In this document: one piece after another, positions 40,790 to 51,204 of the stretch
How positions within the stretch are numbered: the first letter of the stretch is position 1
Layout of the letters: each line of letters opens with the position of its first letter
Assembly (NCBI GenBank): GCA_041640655.1
Contig: JBEPZV010000012.1
Location: 1 to 59,667, forward strand
Direction of reading: 5' to 3'
DNA from: a bacterium
Lineage (GTDB): Bacteria > Acidobacteriota > Blastocatellia > HR10
Length of the DNA: 59,667 nucleotides
Notes under the pieces: model-generated
Told to the model about the DNA's origin: nothing
The model's input: the letters and a program-made list of their open reading frames with translations, nothing else
Database searches by the model: none
Translations under genes and position numbers: made by a program

Positions 40790-42036
40790 GCGAACGTCCG
40801 TACCACGTCGTCCTCGGCATCACCGGCGGGATCGCGGCGTACAAGGCACCGGAGATCCTGCGGCAACTGCAGCAACGGGGCGCTGAGGTGCGCGTCGTCC
40901 TGACGCGCGCGGCGACCCGCTTCATCGGGCGCGTGACGCTGGAGGCACTCTCGCGCCATCCGGTCGTCGTCGAGATGTTCGAGCCGAACGTGAACGTCGC
41001 CGTCCGACACGTGGAGATGGCGCGCTGGGCGGATTTGCTCTTGGTCGCCCCGGCGACAGCACACACCTTGGCGCGCTTCGCGCATGGACTGGCCGATGAC
41101 TTCCTCACGACGCTCTATCTCTCGACGCGCTGCCCAGTGCTCGTCGCCCCGGCCATGGACGCCGAGATGTGGGAGAACGCGGCGACGCAGGAGAACCTCG
41201 CGCGACTGCGGCAGCGCGGCGTCGCCGTCATCCCCCCCGAGCGGGGATATCTCGCCTCGGGGATCGAGGGCGAGGGTCGCCTGGCCGATCCCGAGCAGAT
41301 CGTCGCGCGCGCCCTGGTGATCCTGGCCGCGCGGCCGTACGCCCGTGACTTCGACGGAGAGCATGTCCTCATCACCGCCGGTCCGACCTGCGAGGACCTC
41401 GACCCGATCCGCTATCTGACCAATCGTTCGACGGGCAAAATGGGCTACGCCCTCGCTCACGCGGCGCTGGCGCGCGGCGCGCAGGTGACGCTCATCAGCG
41501 GTCCCACGACGCTCGCTCCCCCTCCCGATGCCCAGGTGATCGTCGTGCGCCGTGCCGAGGAGATGTATCGCGCCGTCCTCGCGCACATGGAGGCGGCCAC
41601 GGTCATCATCAAAGCGGCCGCCGTCGCCGATTATCGTCCCAAGGTGTTCTCCCCCACGAAGCTCAAGAAGACCGACGCCGATCTCACGCTCGCGCTCGAA
41701 CGCACGCCCGATATCCTGGCCGAGGTGGGGCGCCGAAAGGGGGCGCGCCTGCTCGTCGGATTCGCCGCGGAGACCGAAGCCCATCTCGAACACGGGCGAC
41801 AGAAGCTCCTTCAGAAGAATCTCGATCTCATCTTCATCAACGACGCCACGAGCGCGGAGACGGGATTCGCGGCCGACGAGAATGCCGGCTTCCTCATGGA
41901 TCGCGAGGGCGACGTCGTAGAGGTGCCGAAGATGTCCAAGTACGAGCTGGCCATGCGTCTGCTCGATCGCGTGCGCGAGCTGCTCGCCCGGCGCCGCGTG
42001 GACGCTGATCGCGAGCGCGCGGAGGAACGGCGATGA
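40786..42036 (+). CDS. coaBC: Phosphopantothenoylcysteine decarboxylase/synthetase
   Basis: GGIAAYK, APAM, TAGPT.E..D..R..TN.STGKMG, AAVADY and GFAAET motifs. Confidence 0.95.
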   Translation: MSERPYHVVLGITGGIAAYKAPEILRQLQQRGAEVRVVLTRAATRFIGRVTLEALSRHPVVVEMFEPNVNVAVRHVEMARWADLLLVAPATAHTLARFAHGLADDFLTTLYLSTRCPVLVAPAMDAEMWENAATQENLARLRQRGVAVIPPERGYLASGIEGEGRLADPEQIVARALVILAARPYARDFDGEHVLITAGPTCEDLDPIRYLTNRSTGKMGYALAHAALARGAQVTLISGPTTLAPPPDAQVIVVRRAEEMYRAVLAHMEAATVIIKAAAVADYRPKVFSPTKLKKTDADLTLALERTPDILAEVGRRKGARLLVGFAAETEAHLEHGRQKLLQKNLDLIFINDATSAETGFAADENAGFLMDREGDVVEVPKMSKYELAMRLLDRVRELLARRRVDADRERAEERR

Positions 42037-42971
42037 ACGATGTCCGCGAGGAGGTCCGGTCCCGCCTGCTCGAGCTGATTCGAGACGTCCGCGAGCATCT
42101 CCGGTATCTCGGGGAGCTGGGCGTGACGCACTGGGAGGACCTTCCGGCCGCGGACGATCTTCACGAAGATGTCTGCGCGCCCGCGGTCTTGGAGAAGATT
42201 GGCGAGCAGCTCTCCGAATCGCGCGCCGAAGCGGCGCGCGTTCAGGACGCGCCCGATGAAGAGACCCGCAAGGAGGGAGAACCCATGACGAGCAAGCGAC
42301 GCTCAGCGCGTTCGGCCGCCGCATCGTCCGAACGCGCGTCGGAACAACCGGCGCTCTTTGGCGACCTCCCCCTGCTCCGGACAGTGCCGATGACCGAAGA
42401 TCGCACGCTGGAGGAGATTCGCGCCGATGTGGGCGACTGCACGCGCTGCAAACTGCATCGGTCGCGCACGACGATCGTCTTCGGCGAAGGCGATCCGCGC
42501 GCGCGCATCATGTTCGTCGGCGAGGGGCCGGGAGCGGAAGAGGATGCTCAGGGACGCCCCTTCGTCGGCCGCGCGGGACAGTTGCTCAACCGCATGATCG
42601 AAGCCATGGGATTTCGGCGCGAGGAGGTCTATATCACCAACGTCGTCATGTGCCGCCCGCCGAACAATCGCACGCCCGAACCTGATGAGATCGCGACCTG
42701 CGAACCGTTCCTCTTCCGGAAGATCCGCGTGATCCGACCCGATGTCGTCGTCGCCCTTGGGGCGATCGCCGCGCAGTCGCTGCTGGGGACGAAAGCCCCC
42801 ATCGGACAGATCCGCGGACGATTCTTCGAGGCGCACGGGACGAAGGTCATGCCCACCTTCCATCCCGCCTTCCTGCTGCGCGCGCCCGAGAGGAAACGCG
42901 AGGCGTGGGAGGACTTGCGCAAGGTGCGGGATTACGTCCTGAGCCTCTCGCGGGAGAGAGCGTCGCGGTGA
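42033..42971 (+). CDS. Family 4 uracil-DNA glycosylase with N-terminal extension
   Basis: CTRCKL, GEGPG.EED..G.PFVG, CRPP.NR and HPA motifs. Confidence 0.92.
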   Translation: MNDVREEVRSRLLELIRDVREHLRYLGELGVTHWEDLPAADDLHEDVCAPAVLEKIGEQLSESRAEAARVQDAPDEETRKEGEPMTSKRRSARSAAASSERASEQPALFGDLPLLRTVPMTEDRTLEEIRADVGDCTRCKLHRSRTTIVFGEGDPRARIMFVGEGPGAEEDAQGRPFVGRAGQLLNRMIEAMGFRREEVYITNVVMCRPPNNRTPEPDEIATCEPFLFRKIRVIRPDVVVALGAIAAQSLLGTKAPIGQIRGRFFEAHGTKVMPTFHPAFLLRAPERKREAWEDLRKVRDYVLSLSRERASR

Positions 42972-42987
42972 GTCTGGGCTTGCGCCC

Positions 42988-43854
42988 TCACCGCGTAGCG
43001 GCTTCGATCTCTCGCACCAGATCGAGCGCCGTCCATTCGTTGCCGCGAAGGACCGCTTGCAATTTCCCATCGGGGCGAATCACGGCCGTCGCGAGATTGT
43101 GAGTGATCGTCCCCCCCTCGGTCCAGAATGAGAGCCCGAAGCTCGCACCGAACCGTGCCATCTCGATCGCCGGACTCGTGGCGAACGTCCAATGCCGGAA
43201 GTCGGCGTTCCACCGCTCCCCATAGGCTTTGAGCACGGTCGGCGTATCATATTCGGGGTCGAAGCTGAGCGTCAGGAACCGCACGCGATCCTGCTGGAGC
43301 CACTCTGCCCGCCGCTTCCACAAGGCCTCCTGCGCTTCGACGAATCGGCGAGTCATCAACGGACAGTAGTTCGGGAATGGGCACCGCGTGAAGATGAAGG
43401 TGAGGGCGATCGTCTTCCCGCGCCATTCGCTGAGCCGAAACGCGCGCCCATCTTGATCCGTGAGCGCGATGTCCGGAACATCGTCGCCCGGATTGAGCAG
43501 ATATTCGATCGGGAGGGCCTTGGACCGATCCCAGGTGGGCGGCTCGCCCTTCTTCACCACGCGCAGGCGAGAGATCCACCCCTCCTCCTCGGTGACGACC
43601 AGTTCCCCCTCGACCTCATCGCCCGGCTCGATGCCTTCGAGCACGCGTGGATCTTTGACGGGAAACGGCATCGTCATCGCCTTCATGTAACCGGGGATCT
43701 CCTCATGCGCGAGCGTGACCGATTGCCGATTGGCGGCCACGGCGACGACGCGCCCCCGGATGGCATACGTTCGCTCGGACGCGCGCTCCCGACATCCGGG
43801 AAGCGAGGTGAGCAGAAACAGCAGGGTCGCACCAATACTCCACCTCCGCCGCAT
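42988..43854 (-). CDS. SCO-family lipoprotein with N-terminal CusF-like copper-binding domain
   Basis: Lipobox-like LPGC; HEEIPGYM.AMTMPF; FTRCPFPNYCP; HNL.T. Confidence 0.88.
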   Translation of the reverse strand: MRRRWSIGATLLFLLTSLPGCRERASERTYAIRGRVVAVAANRQSVTLAHEEIPGYMKAMTMPFPVKDPRVLEGIEPGDEVEGELVVTEEEGWISRLRVVKKGEPPTWDRSKALPIEYLLNPGDDVPDIALTDQDGRAFRLSEWRGKTIALTFIFTRCPFPNYCPLMTRRFVEAQEALWKRRAEWLQQDRVRFLTLSFDPEYDTPTVLKAYGERWNADFRHWTFATSPAIEMARFGASFGLSFWTEGGTITHNLATAVIRPDGKLQAVLRGNEWTALDLVREIEAATR

Positions 43855-43977
43855 AAGGCATGCATTGTACCGGCCTCCGCGCCATGCGCGCAAATCGCGC
43901 GCGAGCCGCCGCCCCTTGTTCGATGCTGCGCTCCTCAGTACAATGCTCCTTCGAGCGCCCGTAGAAGGAGAGAGAAC

Positions 43978-44820
43978 GTGTCGGAGAAAACGACGCCGCA
44001 ACGTTCGCGGTCGGTCCTGCTCCTGATGCTGCTGGCCTTTCTCTTCATTCTCGTCCCCTTTCTGACCTGGTATCTCACCTGGTTCGGGCGTCCGCTCACG
44101 GATCGCCAGATCGAGCGCTACCTCAACGATGAGGAGAAGCCGCGCCGCGCGCAACACGCGCTCTCGCAAATCGCCGATCGGATCCTGCGCGGCGATCCCT
44201 CGGTCCGGCGCTGGTATCCGAAGATCGTGAGTCTGGCCGAGCATCCGCGCCCGGAGATTCGCCTGATGGCGGCCTGGGTGATGGGGCAAGACAATCAGGC
44301 CGAGGAGTTCCATCGCGCACTCAAACGTTTGTTGGCCGATGCCGTCCCGATGGTTCGACGGAATGCGGCGCTCGCTCTGGTGCGCTTCGGAGATGAGAGC
44401 GGACGGTCGGAGATCCTCCAGATGCTTCGTGTCGAGCCGATCCGGGCGCCGGACGAGGGGACGATCACGCTGAGCGTCTCGGCCGGAGATGACGTGCGGG
44501 CGGAGACGCTGCTGGCGCGCATTCGCCGCGAGGACGGACGTCAGGTGGATGTGCGCGCGCCTTGGCCGGGACGCATCGAGCGCGTGCTCACGACAAGCGG
44601 CGCGCGCGTGCGCACTGGGGAGGAGATCCTCCAGCTGGCGCCCGAGCGTCAACAGGTCTACGAAGCCCTGCGCGCGCTCTATCTCATCGGGCGAGCGGAA
44701 GACCTGCCCGAGGTCGAACGCTACATCAACGCGGGCTCAGAGTGGCCCGAGACCGTGCGCGAACAAGCGCGCCGCACCGCTCACGCCATCCGACAACGGA
44801 CGGCCCAGCCCACTCCTTAG
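43978..44820 (+). CDS. Membrane-anchored HEAT-repeat protein with inserted biotinyl/lipoyl-like domain
   Basis: N-terminal TM segment; HEAT-like VRRNAALAL; IRAP..G...V..GD.V...VRAP..G.I....G hybrid barrel; AAGGAG RBS. Confidence 0.75.
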   Translation: MSEKTTPQRSRSVLLLMLLAFLFILVPFLTWYLTWFGRPLTDRQIERYLNDEEKPRRAQHALSQIADRILRGDPSVRRWYPKIVSLAEHPRPEIRLMAAWVMGQDNQAEEFHRALKRLLADAVPMVRRNAALALVRFGDESGRSEILQMLRVEPIRAPDEGTITLSVSAGDDVRAETLLARIRREDGRQVDVRAPWPGRIERVLTTSGARVRTGEEILQLAPERQQVYEALRALYLIGRAEDLPEVERYINAGSEWPETVREQARRTAHAIRQRTAQPTP

Positions 44821-44968
44821 CCCAACCGCGCTCGCACGGCTGAGCCCGGGAGGCGGCCCCATGGGAATGCTTTCGCTCCCGCGCGCTCGGAGCGGTCTGT
44901 TCACCATCGCGGACATGTGTGGGGGCACGTCTACCTCTGTCTCGCGAGAAGAGTGCAAGAGCTCCCTC

Positions 44969-44998
44969 TTGACACCCGCGCAAGGCGCGACATATATT
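44969..44998 (+). promoter_or_regulatory. Sigma70 promoter of the M24-amidohydrolase-TonB operon
   Basis: TTGACA-N18-TATATT. Confidence 0.6.
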
Positions 44999-45050
44999 CT
45001 CGCTCGCCCGGAAGGAGGGTCAATACTGCTACGATGAGGAGAGGGGGACT

Positions 45051-46445
45051 ATGGGACACATGACGCGACGATCTTTTCTGGCTTCCCTGGGCGTCTCAAC
45101 GGTCCTCGCGCGTCCGCGCGCTCTCTTCGGATCGCGCGAGGGCCACATGGGATCACCGCCGCTTCCCCTCCCTTCGGAGCTGGGGCGCGAGCCGATGGTG
45201 CAGGTGACCCCGCTCTCGCCGCCGTTTCGCCTGCCGGAGAGTTGGTACCGCCAGACGGTGAGGCGGCTGCAAGAGCGGCTGGCCGAACGCGGGCTCGATG
45301 GCATCATCCTGAGAGATCGGTGGAACATCATCTACGTCTCCGGCCTCTTCCACACGACGACGGAACGACCGTTCTGGCTCTTCGTCCCCACGCAGGGGGA
45401 ACCGATCTTCTTCTACCCGGGGCTCGATAAGGACCTCGTCAACACGTGGTGGATCAAGGAGGGCGAATGGTACTTCGATTATCCGCATGCTGGGCCGTTC
45501 AACGCGCTCGCGTATAAGGCGGGGCCGAAGGCCGATCTCTTGCAGTGGATGCTCAAAGGGTTGGCCAAACGCGGATTCGGACGCGCGCGCCTGGGCATTG
45601 AGGAGGAGGTCGGCCCGACGACGATGAAGCGCATGCAAGAGGCGCTGCCCGAAGCTCGGTTCGAGGTGGCCGGCGATGTGCTCCTCCGCCTGCGCATGAT
45701 CAAGACGCCCGAGGAGATCGAGCTGACGCGCAAGGCGATCGCGCTGCACGATCGGATGCTCGCCTTCGCCCGCGACTACATCCTGCAGCGGGGAACCGAC
45801 GCCACCGATTTCGAGGTGCGGCATCGGACGGAGGAATTCGCCACGCACGAGTTGATGAAGCTCATGCAGCCCACCGGGCGTCCCCACCAGGCCGTCGGCG
45901 TGAACCTGCGCTTCAGTTGTCGCGCGGGCGTGGCCACGGCTTACCCCCATCCGAATCAGTTCTTCTACGCGCGTATTCGACGGGGCGATGCCATTCAAAT
46001 CGCCGCCGTCATCACCATTGGCGGCTATGGGGGCGAGGGCTATCGCGCCCTGCATATCGAGCCGATGACCGATCACCAGCGGAAGCTGTGGGACGTGCAC
46101 ACAGAGATGGTCCTCAAGCAACAGGAGCTCAGCCGGGCCGGTGTCCGATGCAACGAAGTCGCCGAGAAAGTCCTGGAGATCGCCGTTCGCGCCGGACTCG
46201 AACGATACATCTACCACCGCCCGGCGCACGGCCAGGGGATGGAGGGGCATCAAGCGCCGTACATCGCTCCGGGCGATGACACCGTCCTCGAAGAGGGGAT
46301 GATGTTCAGCAACGAGCCGGGGCTCTACGATCCCGAAGGTGGCTTCGGCTACAACCATTCCAATTGCGTGCTCGTGACAAAGGATCGAGGTGTGGCTTTG
46401 AACCAAACGCCCCTCACGCGCGAGTGGTGCTGGCTGAAATTGTGA
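45051..46445 (+). CDS. Tat-exported M24 (pita-bread fold) hydrolase, creatinase/Xaa-Pro-like
   Basis: TRRSFL Tat motif; LRMIKTPEEI, HGQGMEGH and NEPGLY motifs. Confidence 0.85.
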   Translation: MGHMTRRSFLASLGVSTVLARPRALFGSREGHMGSPPLPLPSELGREPMVQVTPLSPPFRLPESWYRQTVRRLQERLAERGLDGIILRDRWNIIYVSGLFHTTTERPFWLFVPTQGEPIFFYPGLDKDLVNTWWIKEGEWYFDYPHAGPFNALAYKAGPKADLLQWMLKGLAKRGFGRARLGIEEEVGPTTMKRMQEALPEARFEVAGDVLLRLRMIKTPEEIELTRKAIALHDRMLAFARDYILQRGTDATDFEVRHRTEEFATHELMKLMQPTGRPHQAVGVNLRFSCRAGVATAYPHPNQFFYARIRRGDAIQIAAVITIGGYGGEGYRALHIEPMTDHQRKLWDVHTEMVLKQQELSRAGVRCNEVAEKVLEIAVRAGLERYIYHRPAHGQGMEGHQAPYIAPGDDTVLEEGMMFSNEPGLYDPEGGFGYNHSNCVLVTKDRGVALNQTPLTREWCWLKL

Positions 46446-46482
46446 GGAGCGGTTTTCGAAACATCGCCTACAGGAGGGACCG

Positions 46483-48123
46483 ATGCCACGAATGAAGAGA
46501 AACGCCTGGATGGTGGGAATGGCCCTCGTCCTCGTCGGGATGGGCCTCTCGGCATGGCCGCAGACGCCGCCGCAGGAGCGGCGCAGCATCCCACCGGCGC
46601 CGGATCGGCGGCTGGATGAGGGCGAGGGGCCATTTGAGCGCTTGATCATTCGCGGCGCGACGCTCATTGATGGGACGGGCGCACCGCCCATCGGCCCCGT
46701 GGACATCGTCATCGAGGGGAATCGCATTCGGGAGATCCGAAGTGTCGGATACCCGGGAGTACCCATTCGCGACGCTGGCCGGCCGCAAGGGGCGACGCGC
46801 GAGATTGACGCGCACGGCATGTATGTGCTGCCCGGATTCGTGGACCTGCACGGGCACATCGGCGGCGTCGCACAGGGCACGCCGGCCGAGTACGTCTACA
46901 AGCTCTGGATGGCGCATGGAATCACCACCGTGCGCGATCCGGGGTCGGGCAATGGCGTGGACTGGACACTGCGCGAGCGGGAGCGCAGCGCGAAGAATCA
47001 GATCGTCGCCCCGCGCATCTTCGTCTACGTCCGTCCCGGCATGGGATGGGATCGCGGGCCGATCACCACGCCCGAGTTGGCGCGCGAATACGTCCGATGG
47101 GCGGCGGCCAAAGGCGTGGACGGGCTCAAGCTCACGGCATACGATCCCGAGATCATGGCCGCGCTCATTGACGAAGCGAAGAAGCACGGGCTGGGGACGG
47201 CGGCGCATCTGGCCCAGACGGGCGTCGCCCGGATGAATGCTCTGGACGCCGCGCGCCTGGGGCTCACGACGTTGGAACACTGGTACGGCTTGCCGGAAGC
47301 CCTCTTCGCCGATCGCACGGTTCAGGACTTCCCCTACGACTACAACTACAATGACGAACAGCACCGCTTCGGGCAGGCCGGACGACTGTGGAGACAAGCC
47401 GCACCCCCCGGAAGCCCGAAGTGGAACGCCGTCCTGGAGGAGCTGCTTCGCCTCGGCCTCGTGCTCGATCCGACCTTGAGCATCTACGAAGCGAGTCGCG
47501 ATCTGATGCGCGCGATGCGCGCCGAGTGGCATGACACCTACACGCTCCCATCGCTGTGGGCTTTCTATCAACCCAATCGCGAGGCTCACGGTTCGTTCTT
47601 CTTCTACTGGACGACTCAGGACGAGATCGAGTGGAAGAACAACTACCGCCTGTGGATGACCTTCGTGAACGAATACAAGAATCGCGGCGGGCGCGTCACG
47701 ACCGGATCGGACTCGGGGTTCATCTTCAAGCTCTACGGCTTCGATTACATCCGCGAGTTGGAGCTCCTGCAGGAAGCGGGCTTTCATCCCCTGGAGGTCA
47801 TTCGCTCGGCCACGCTGTGGGGCGCGGAGGCGCTCTTCAAGCCCAAGGGGAAGCCGATCGAATTCGGAATCATTCGCCCGGGCATGCTCGCGGATCTGAT
47901 CCTCGTCGAGGAGAATCCCCTTCAGAACCTGAAGGTCCTCTATGGCACAGGGGCGATGCGACTCAATGATCGAACCCGTCAGGTCGAGCGCGTCGGCGGC
48001 GTGAAGTACACGATCAAAGATGGGATCATCTACGACGCGAAGAAGCTTCTGGCCGATGTCGCGCGCATGGTCGCCGAAGCCAAGCGACGTCAGGTGCCGG
48101 AAGCGAACGCGGCCTCCAGATGA
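46483..48123 (+). CDS. Secreted metal-dependent amidohydrolase
   Basis: Signal peptide; PGFVDLHGH, GITTVRD, TGSDSG and G..ADL motifs. Confidence 0.88.
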   Translation: MPRMKRNAWMVGMALVLVGMGLSAWPQTPPQERRSIPPAPDRRLDEGEGPFERLIIRGATLIDGTGAPPIGPVDIVIEGNRIREIRSVGYPGVPIRDAGRPQGATREIDAHGMYVLPGFVDLHGHIGGVAQGTPAEYVYKLWMAHGITTVRDPGSGNGVDWTLRERERSAKNQIVAPRIFVYVRPGMGWDRGPITTPELAREYVRWAAAKGVDGLKLTAYDPEIMAALIDEAKKHGLGTAAHLAQTGVARMNALDAARLGLTTLEHWYGLPEALFADRTVQDFPYDYNYNDEQHRFGQAGRLWRQAAPPGSPKWNAVLEELLRLGLVLDPTLSIYEASRDLMRAMRAEWHDTYTLPSLWAFYQPNREAHGSFFFYWTTQDEIEWKNNYRLWMTFVNEYKNRGGRVTTGSDSGFIFKLYGFDYIRELELLQEAGFHPLEVIRSATLWGAEALFKPKGKPIEFGIIRPGMLADLILVEENPLQNLKVLYGTGAMRLNDRTRQVERVGGVKYTIKDGIIYDAKKLLADVARMVAEAKRRQVPEANAASR

Positions 48124-48240
48124 GGCCCCATTACGGGCGTCAGGGAGGGATCGAAAACCTGCGATCCCTCCGCGCATCGTGACGTCATTGTCAGCCCCGC
48201 GAACGCGCGGGAGACACCTAACGTGAAGGAGGAGAGGATT

Positions 48241-51141
48241 ATGAGAACGACAGTCGGTACGTGGTCATCGCCATGGCGAGTTCTCGAGACGCGGCCTCAG
48301 GTGGTCGTGTTGATCACTCTCTTCCTCTGGGCCCCGTCATGGATCTTCGCGCAGGTTCAAGTCGGTTCGATCGCGGGGACCGTGAGGGATGCCAGAGGGG
48401 CGGTCCTTCCTGGTGTCACCGTCACCGTGAGCGGACCGGCGCTCATCGGCGGTCCCCGCACGGTGACCACGGATGAGAACGGCTACTACAAGTTCCTCGA
48501 TCTGAAGCCGGGCGAATATACACTCCGCTTCGAGCATCCCGGCTTCAAGACCCTCGTTCGAGAACGGATCGTCGTCACCTCGGCCTTTCAAGCGACGATC
48601 AATGTCCAACTGGATGTGGGGGAGGTGGTGGAGGTCGTCACCGTCAGCGGAGAATCCCCCGTCATTGACACGAGTAACGTCGTGACGCAGACGGTGATCT
48701 CGCAGGACATTCTCGAGCGCATCCCCAATCCCCGCGATCCCTGGGTGCTGGCGCGCATGGTCCCGGGCGTCGCCTCCGGCCGATTCGATGTGGGCGGGAC
48801 GGAAGGGATGCAACAGTACGCGCTGACGATCCACGGCTCGCGCGACAGCGATAAGAAATTCGCCATTGATGGTCTGGAGATCAATTGGCCGGGGAGCACC
48901 GGAGGCGCGACGGCGATCTACTACGATGCCGGCATGTTCAAAGAGGTCAATTACCAAGTGGGGGCGCTGCCGGCCGAGATCTCCCAAGGGGGCGTCTACA
49001 TGAATATGGTGACCAAAGATGGCGGGAACGAGATTCACGGCTCCATCCTCTTCTTCGGCGCCACCGACGCGATGCAGGCCAATAACGTGAGCCCCGAACT
49101 GCGAGAGAAACTGCTGGCGCGCGTGCCCGCACGACTGCGTCAGCGCCCGGATGTGAAGGCGGGGAATCCCATCAAGAACGTCTACGACTTGAACGGCAAC
49201 GTCGGCGGGCCCTTCATCAAGGATAAGCTCTGGTGGTTCGTCTCTGTGCGCCAATGGGGGGTGGATCAACTCGTCTCCGGCGCGTTCAATCCCGATGAGA
49301 CGCAGGCGATTGACGACAACCGCATTCGCAATGCATCGGCCAAGGTGACCTGGCAGGTGAACGCACAGCACCGGCTCTCGTTCATGTACAACCGCAACGA
49401 GAAGAACCGCTTCCATCGGCGCGACACGCCCCCGTTCTTCATCGAGGACAAAGCCTCTTGGCTGCAGGATCAGCCCGGATACAGCGCGCACATCAAATGG
49501 ACCTACGCGCCCTCGGCGAAATGGGTCATTGACTCCGGGATTGCCGGGATGCACATCGTCTTCCCGTTGCGGTATCAGAAGGAGGTGCGACCCACCGACA
49601 TCATGCGGGAGGACATCACGCTCTCGACGCGTAGCAACGCGGCGCTCTACAACTACCTGAACCCCAACTATCGCATCTCCATTGACTCGGCGGCCTCGTA
49701 CGTGACGACGGGGTTGGGCGGAGCGCACAGCTTCAAGTTCGGGATTCAATTCATGCGCAGCCTCTTCCGCCAGATCTATACGATGAACGGCGATCACGGA
49801 TTGATCTTCGATAACGGGCGTCCGGCCTTCGTGCGCGTCTACAACACGCCGATCGAGCAGGCGAACTATCTCCACCAGTTCGCGTGGTTCGTGCAAGACG
49901 CCTGGACCATTGGCGGGCGGCTCACGCTGAATCTGGGCCTGCGCTACGAATATGCGCTGGGCGTGATCCCCCCACAACGCTCGGCGGCCGGAACGTTCGT
50001 CCCCGAGCGGAGTTTCCCGGAGATTCGCAATGTGCCCAACTTCAAGGACTGGGCGCCGCGCCTGGGCCTCTCCTGGGACATCATGGGGACCGGTCGAACG
50101 GTCCTCAAGGCGAGCGCCAGTCGGTATCTGCAAAACGTCGGCATGGCCTACCCGGTGAGCGTGAACCCGCTCGGCCTGAGCGTGGAGACGCGTACGTGGA
50201 CGGATCGCAACGGCGATGGGCTCGCTCAGCGAGATGAGATCGGGCCAGGTCCGGGCTTCGTCGGGGGATTGACGACGCGCATGGATCCGAATCTGGAGCG
50301 GCCCTATTCGTGGGAATACTCGCTCGGCATCCAGCAGCAGATCTATCGCGATCTGGTCGTCTCAGTCATCGCCTGGCATCGCGACAATCGGCGACAGGTC
50401 GGACGCGCGAACATGGCCGTTCCGCCGTCGGCGTACATCCCGGTGCGCCTCACGCTCCCGGCGAATCTCCCCGCGCCTTTCGCCGGACAGACGATCACCG
50501 TCTACAATCAGGACCCGGCGACGCGAGGACGGGTGGACTTCCTCCTCACGAACTTCAAGGAGCTCGATAGCGAATACAACGGCGTGGACATCACCTTCAT
50601 GAAGCGGATGTCGCAGCGATGGCAACTGCTGGGTGGTCTGACCATCGGGCGAGAACGCGGCGCGTTCCGCGGAGATATCGTCAACGGCTTCGACGATCTG
50701 AACAACCCGAACTTCAACATCAACCGGAAGGGCATCGTGGGCAACGACTCCCCCTACATCTTCAAACTCGCCGGGACGTACCAGCTCCCCTGGGGCTTCG
50801 AGGTGAGCGGGAACTTCCAGCATTTCACCGGCTATCCCCTGCGACGCATCTTCACCGTGACGACGGCGCATATCCCGAATCTCACCCAGGTCAGCCAGGC
50901 GATTGATCTGGTCGAGCGCGGCACGGTGCGATTGCCTAATATCAACCTCCTCGATCTCCGCCTCTCGCGCATCTTCGGCATCGGCGAGCGATGGCGGATC
51001 GAGCCAGCGCTCGACATCTTCAACGTGGGGAACGTCGCCACCACGACAGCGGTGATCGAAGCCGTAGGGCCGGCGCTCGATCAGCCGACGGTGATTGTCG
51101 CCCCACGTCTCTTCAAACTGGGCGTGAAGGTGAACTTCTGA
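48241..51141 (+). CDS. TonB-dependent receptor with carboxypeptidase-regulatory-like N-domain (Oar-type)
   Basis: GSIAGTVRD..G.VLPGVTVTV, plug domain, TLNLGLRYE, PRLG.SWD, C-terminal Phe. Confidence 0.92.
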   Translation: MRTTVGTWSSPWRVLETRPQVVVLITLFLWAPSWIFAQVQVGSIAGTVRDARGAVLPGVTVTVSGPALIGGPRTVTTDENGYYKFLDLKPGEYTLRFEHPGFKTLVRERIVVTSAFQATINVQLDVGEVVEVVTVSGESPVIDTSNVVTQTVISQDILERIPNPRDPWVLARMVPGVASGRFDVGGTEGMQQYALTIHGSRDSDKKFAIDGLEINWPGSTGGATAIYYDAGMFKEVNYQVGALPAEISQGGVYMNMVTKDGGNEIHGSILFFGATDAMQANNVSPELREKLLARVPARLRQRPDVKAGNPIKNVYDLNGNVGGPFIKDKLWWFVSVRQWGVDQLVSGAFNPDETQAIDDNRIRNASAKVTWQVNAQHRLSFMYNRNEKNRFHRRDTPPFFIEDKASWLQDQPGYSAHIKWTYAPSAKWVIDSGIAGMHIVFPLRYQKEVRPTDIMREDITLSTRSNAALYNYLNPNYRISIDSAASYVTTGLGGAHSFKFGIQFMRSLFRQIYTMNGDHGLIFDNGRPAFVRVYNTPIEQANYLHQFAWFVQDAWTIGGRLTLNLGLRYEYALGVIPPQRSAAGTFVPERSFPEIRNVPNFKDWAPRLGLSWDIMGTGRTVLKASASRYLQNVGMAYPVSVNPLGLSVETRTWTDRNGDGLAQRDEIGPGPGFVGGLTTRMDPNLERPYSWEYSLGIQQQIYRDLVVSVIAWHRDNRRQVGRANMAVPPSAYIPVRLTLPANLPAPFAGQTITVYNQDPATRGRVDFLLTNFKELDSEYNGVDITFMKRMSQRWQLLGGLTIGRERGAFRGDIVNGFDDLNNPNFNINRKGIVGNDSPYIFKLAGTYQLPWGFEVSGNFQHFTGYPLRRIFTVTTAHIPNLTQVSQAIDLVERGTVRLPNINLLDLRLSRIFGIGERWRIEPALDIFNVGNVATTTAVIEAVGPALDQPTVIVAPRLFKLGVKVNF

Positions 51142-51150
51142 TCTCGCCAA

Positions 51151-51204
51151 GGGCATCGCCCCGAGCGCGGACGGAGCGCCCCTCTCCCGCGCCGGGCGAT
51201 GCCC
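51151..51204. terminator. Hairpin after the TonB receptor gene (terminator or stabiliser)
   Basis: GGGCATCGCCC / GGGCGATGCCC 11-bp stem plus inner GCGCGG/CCGCGC; no clear U-tract. Confidence 0.45.
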
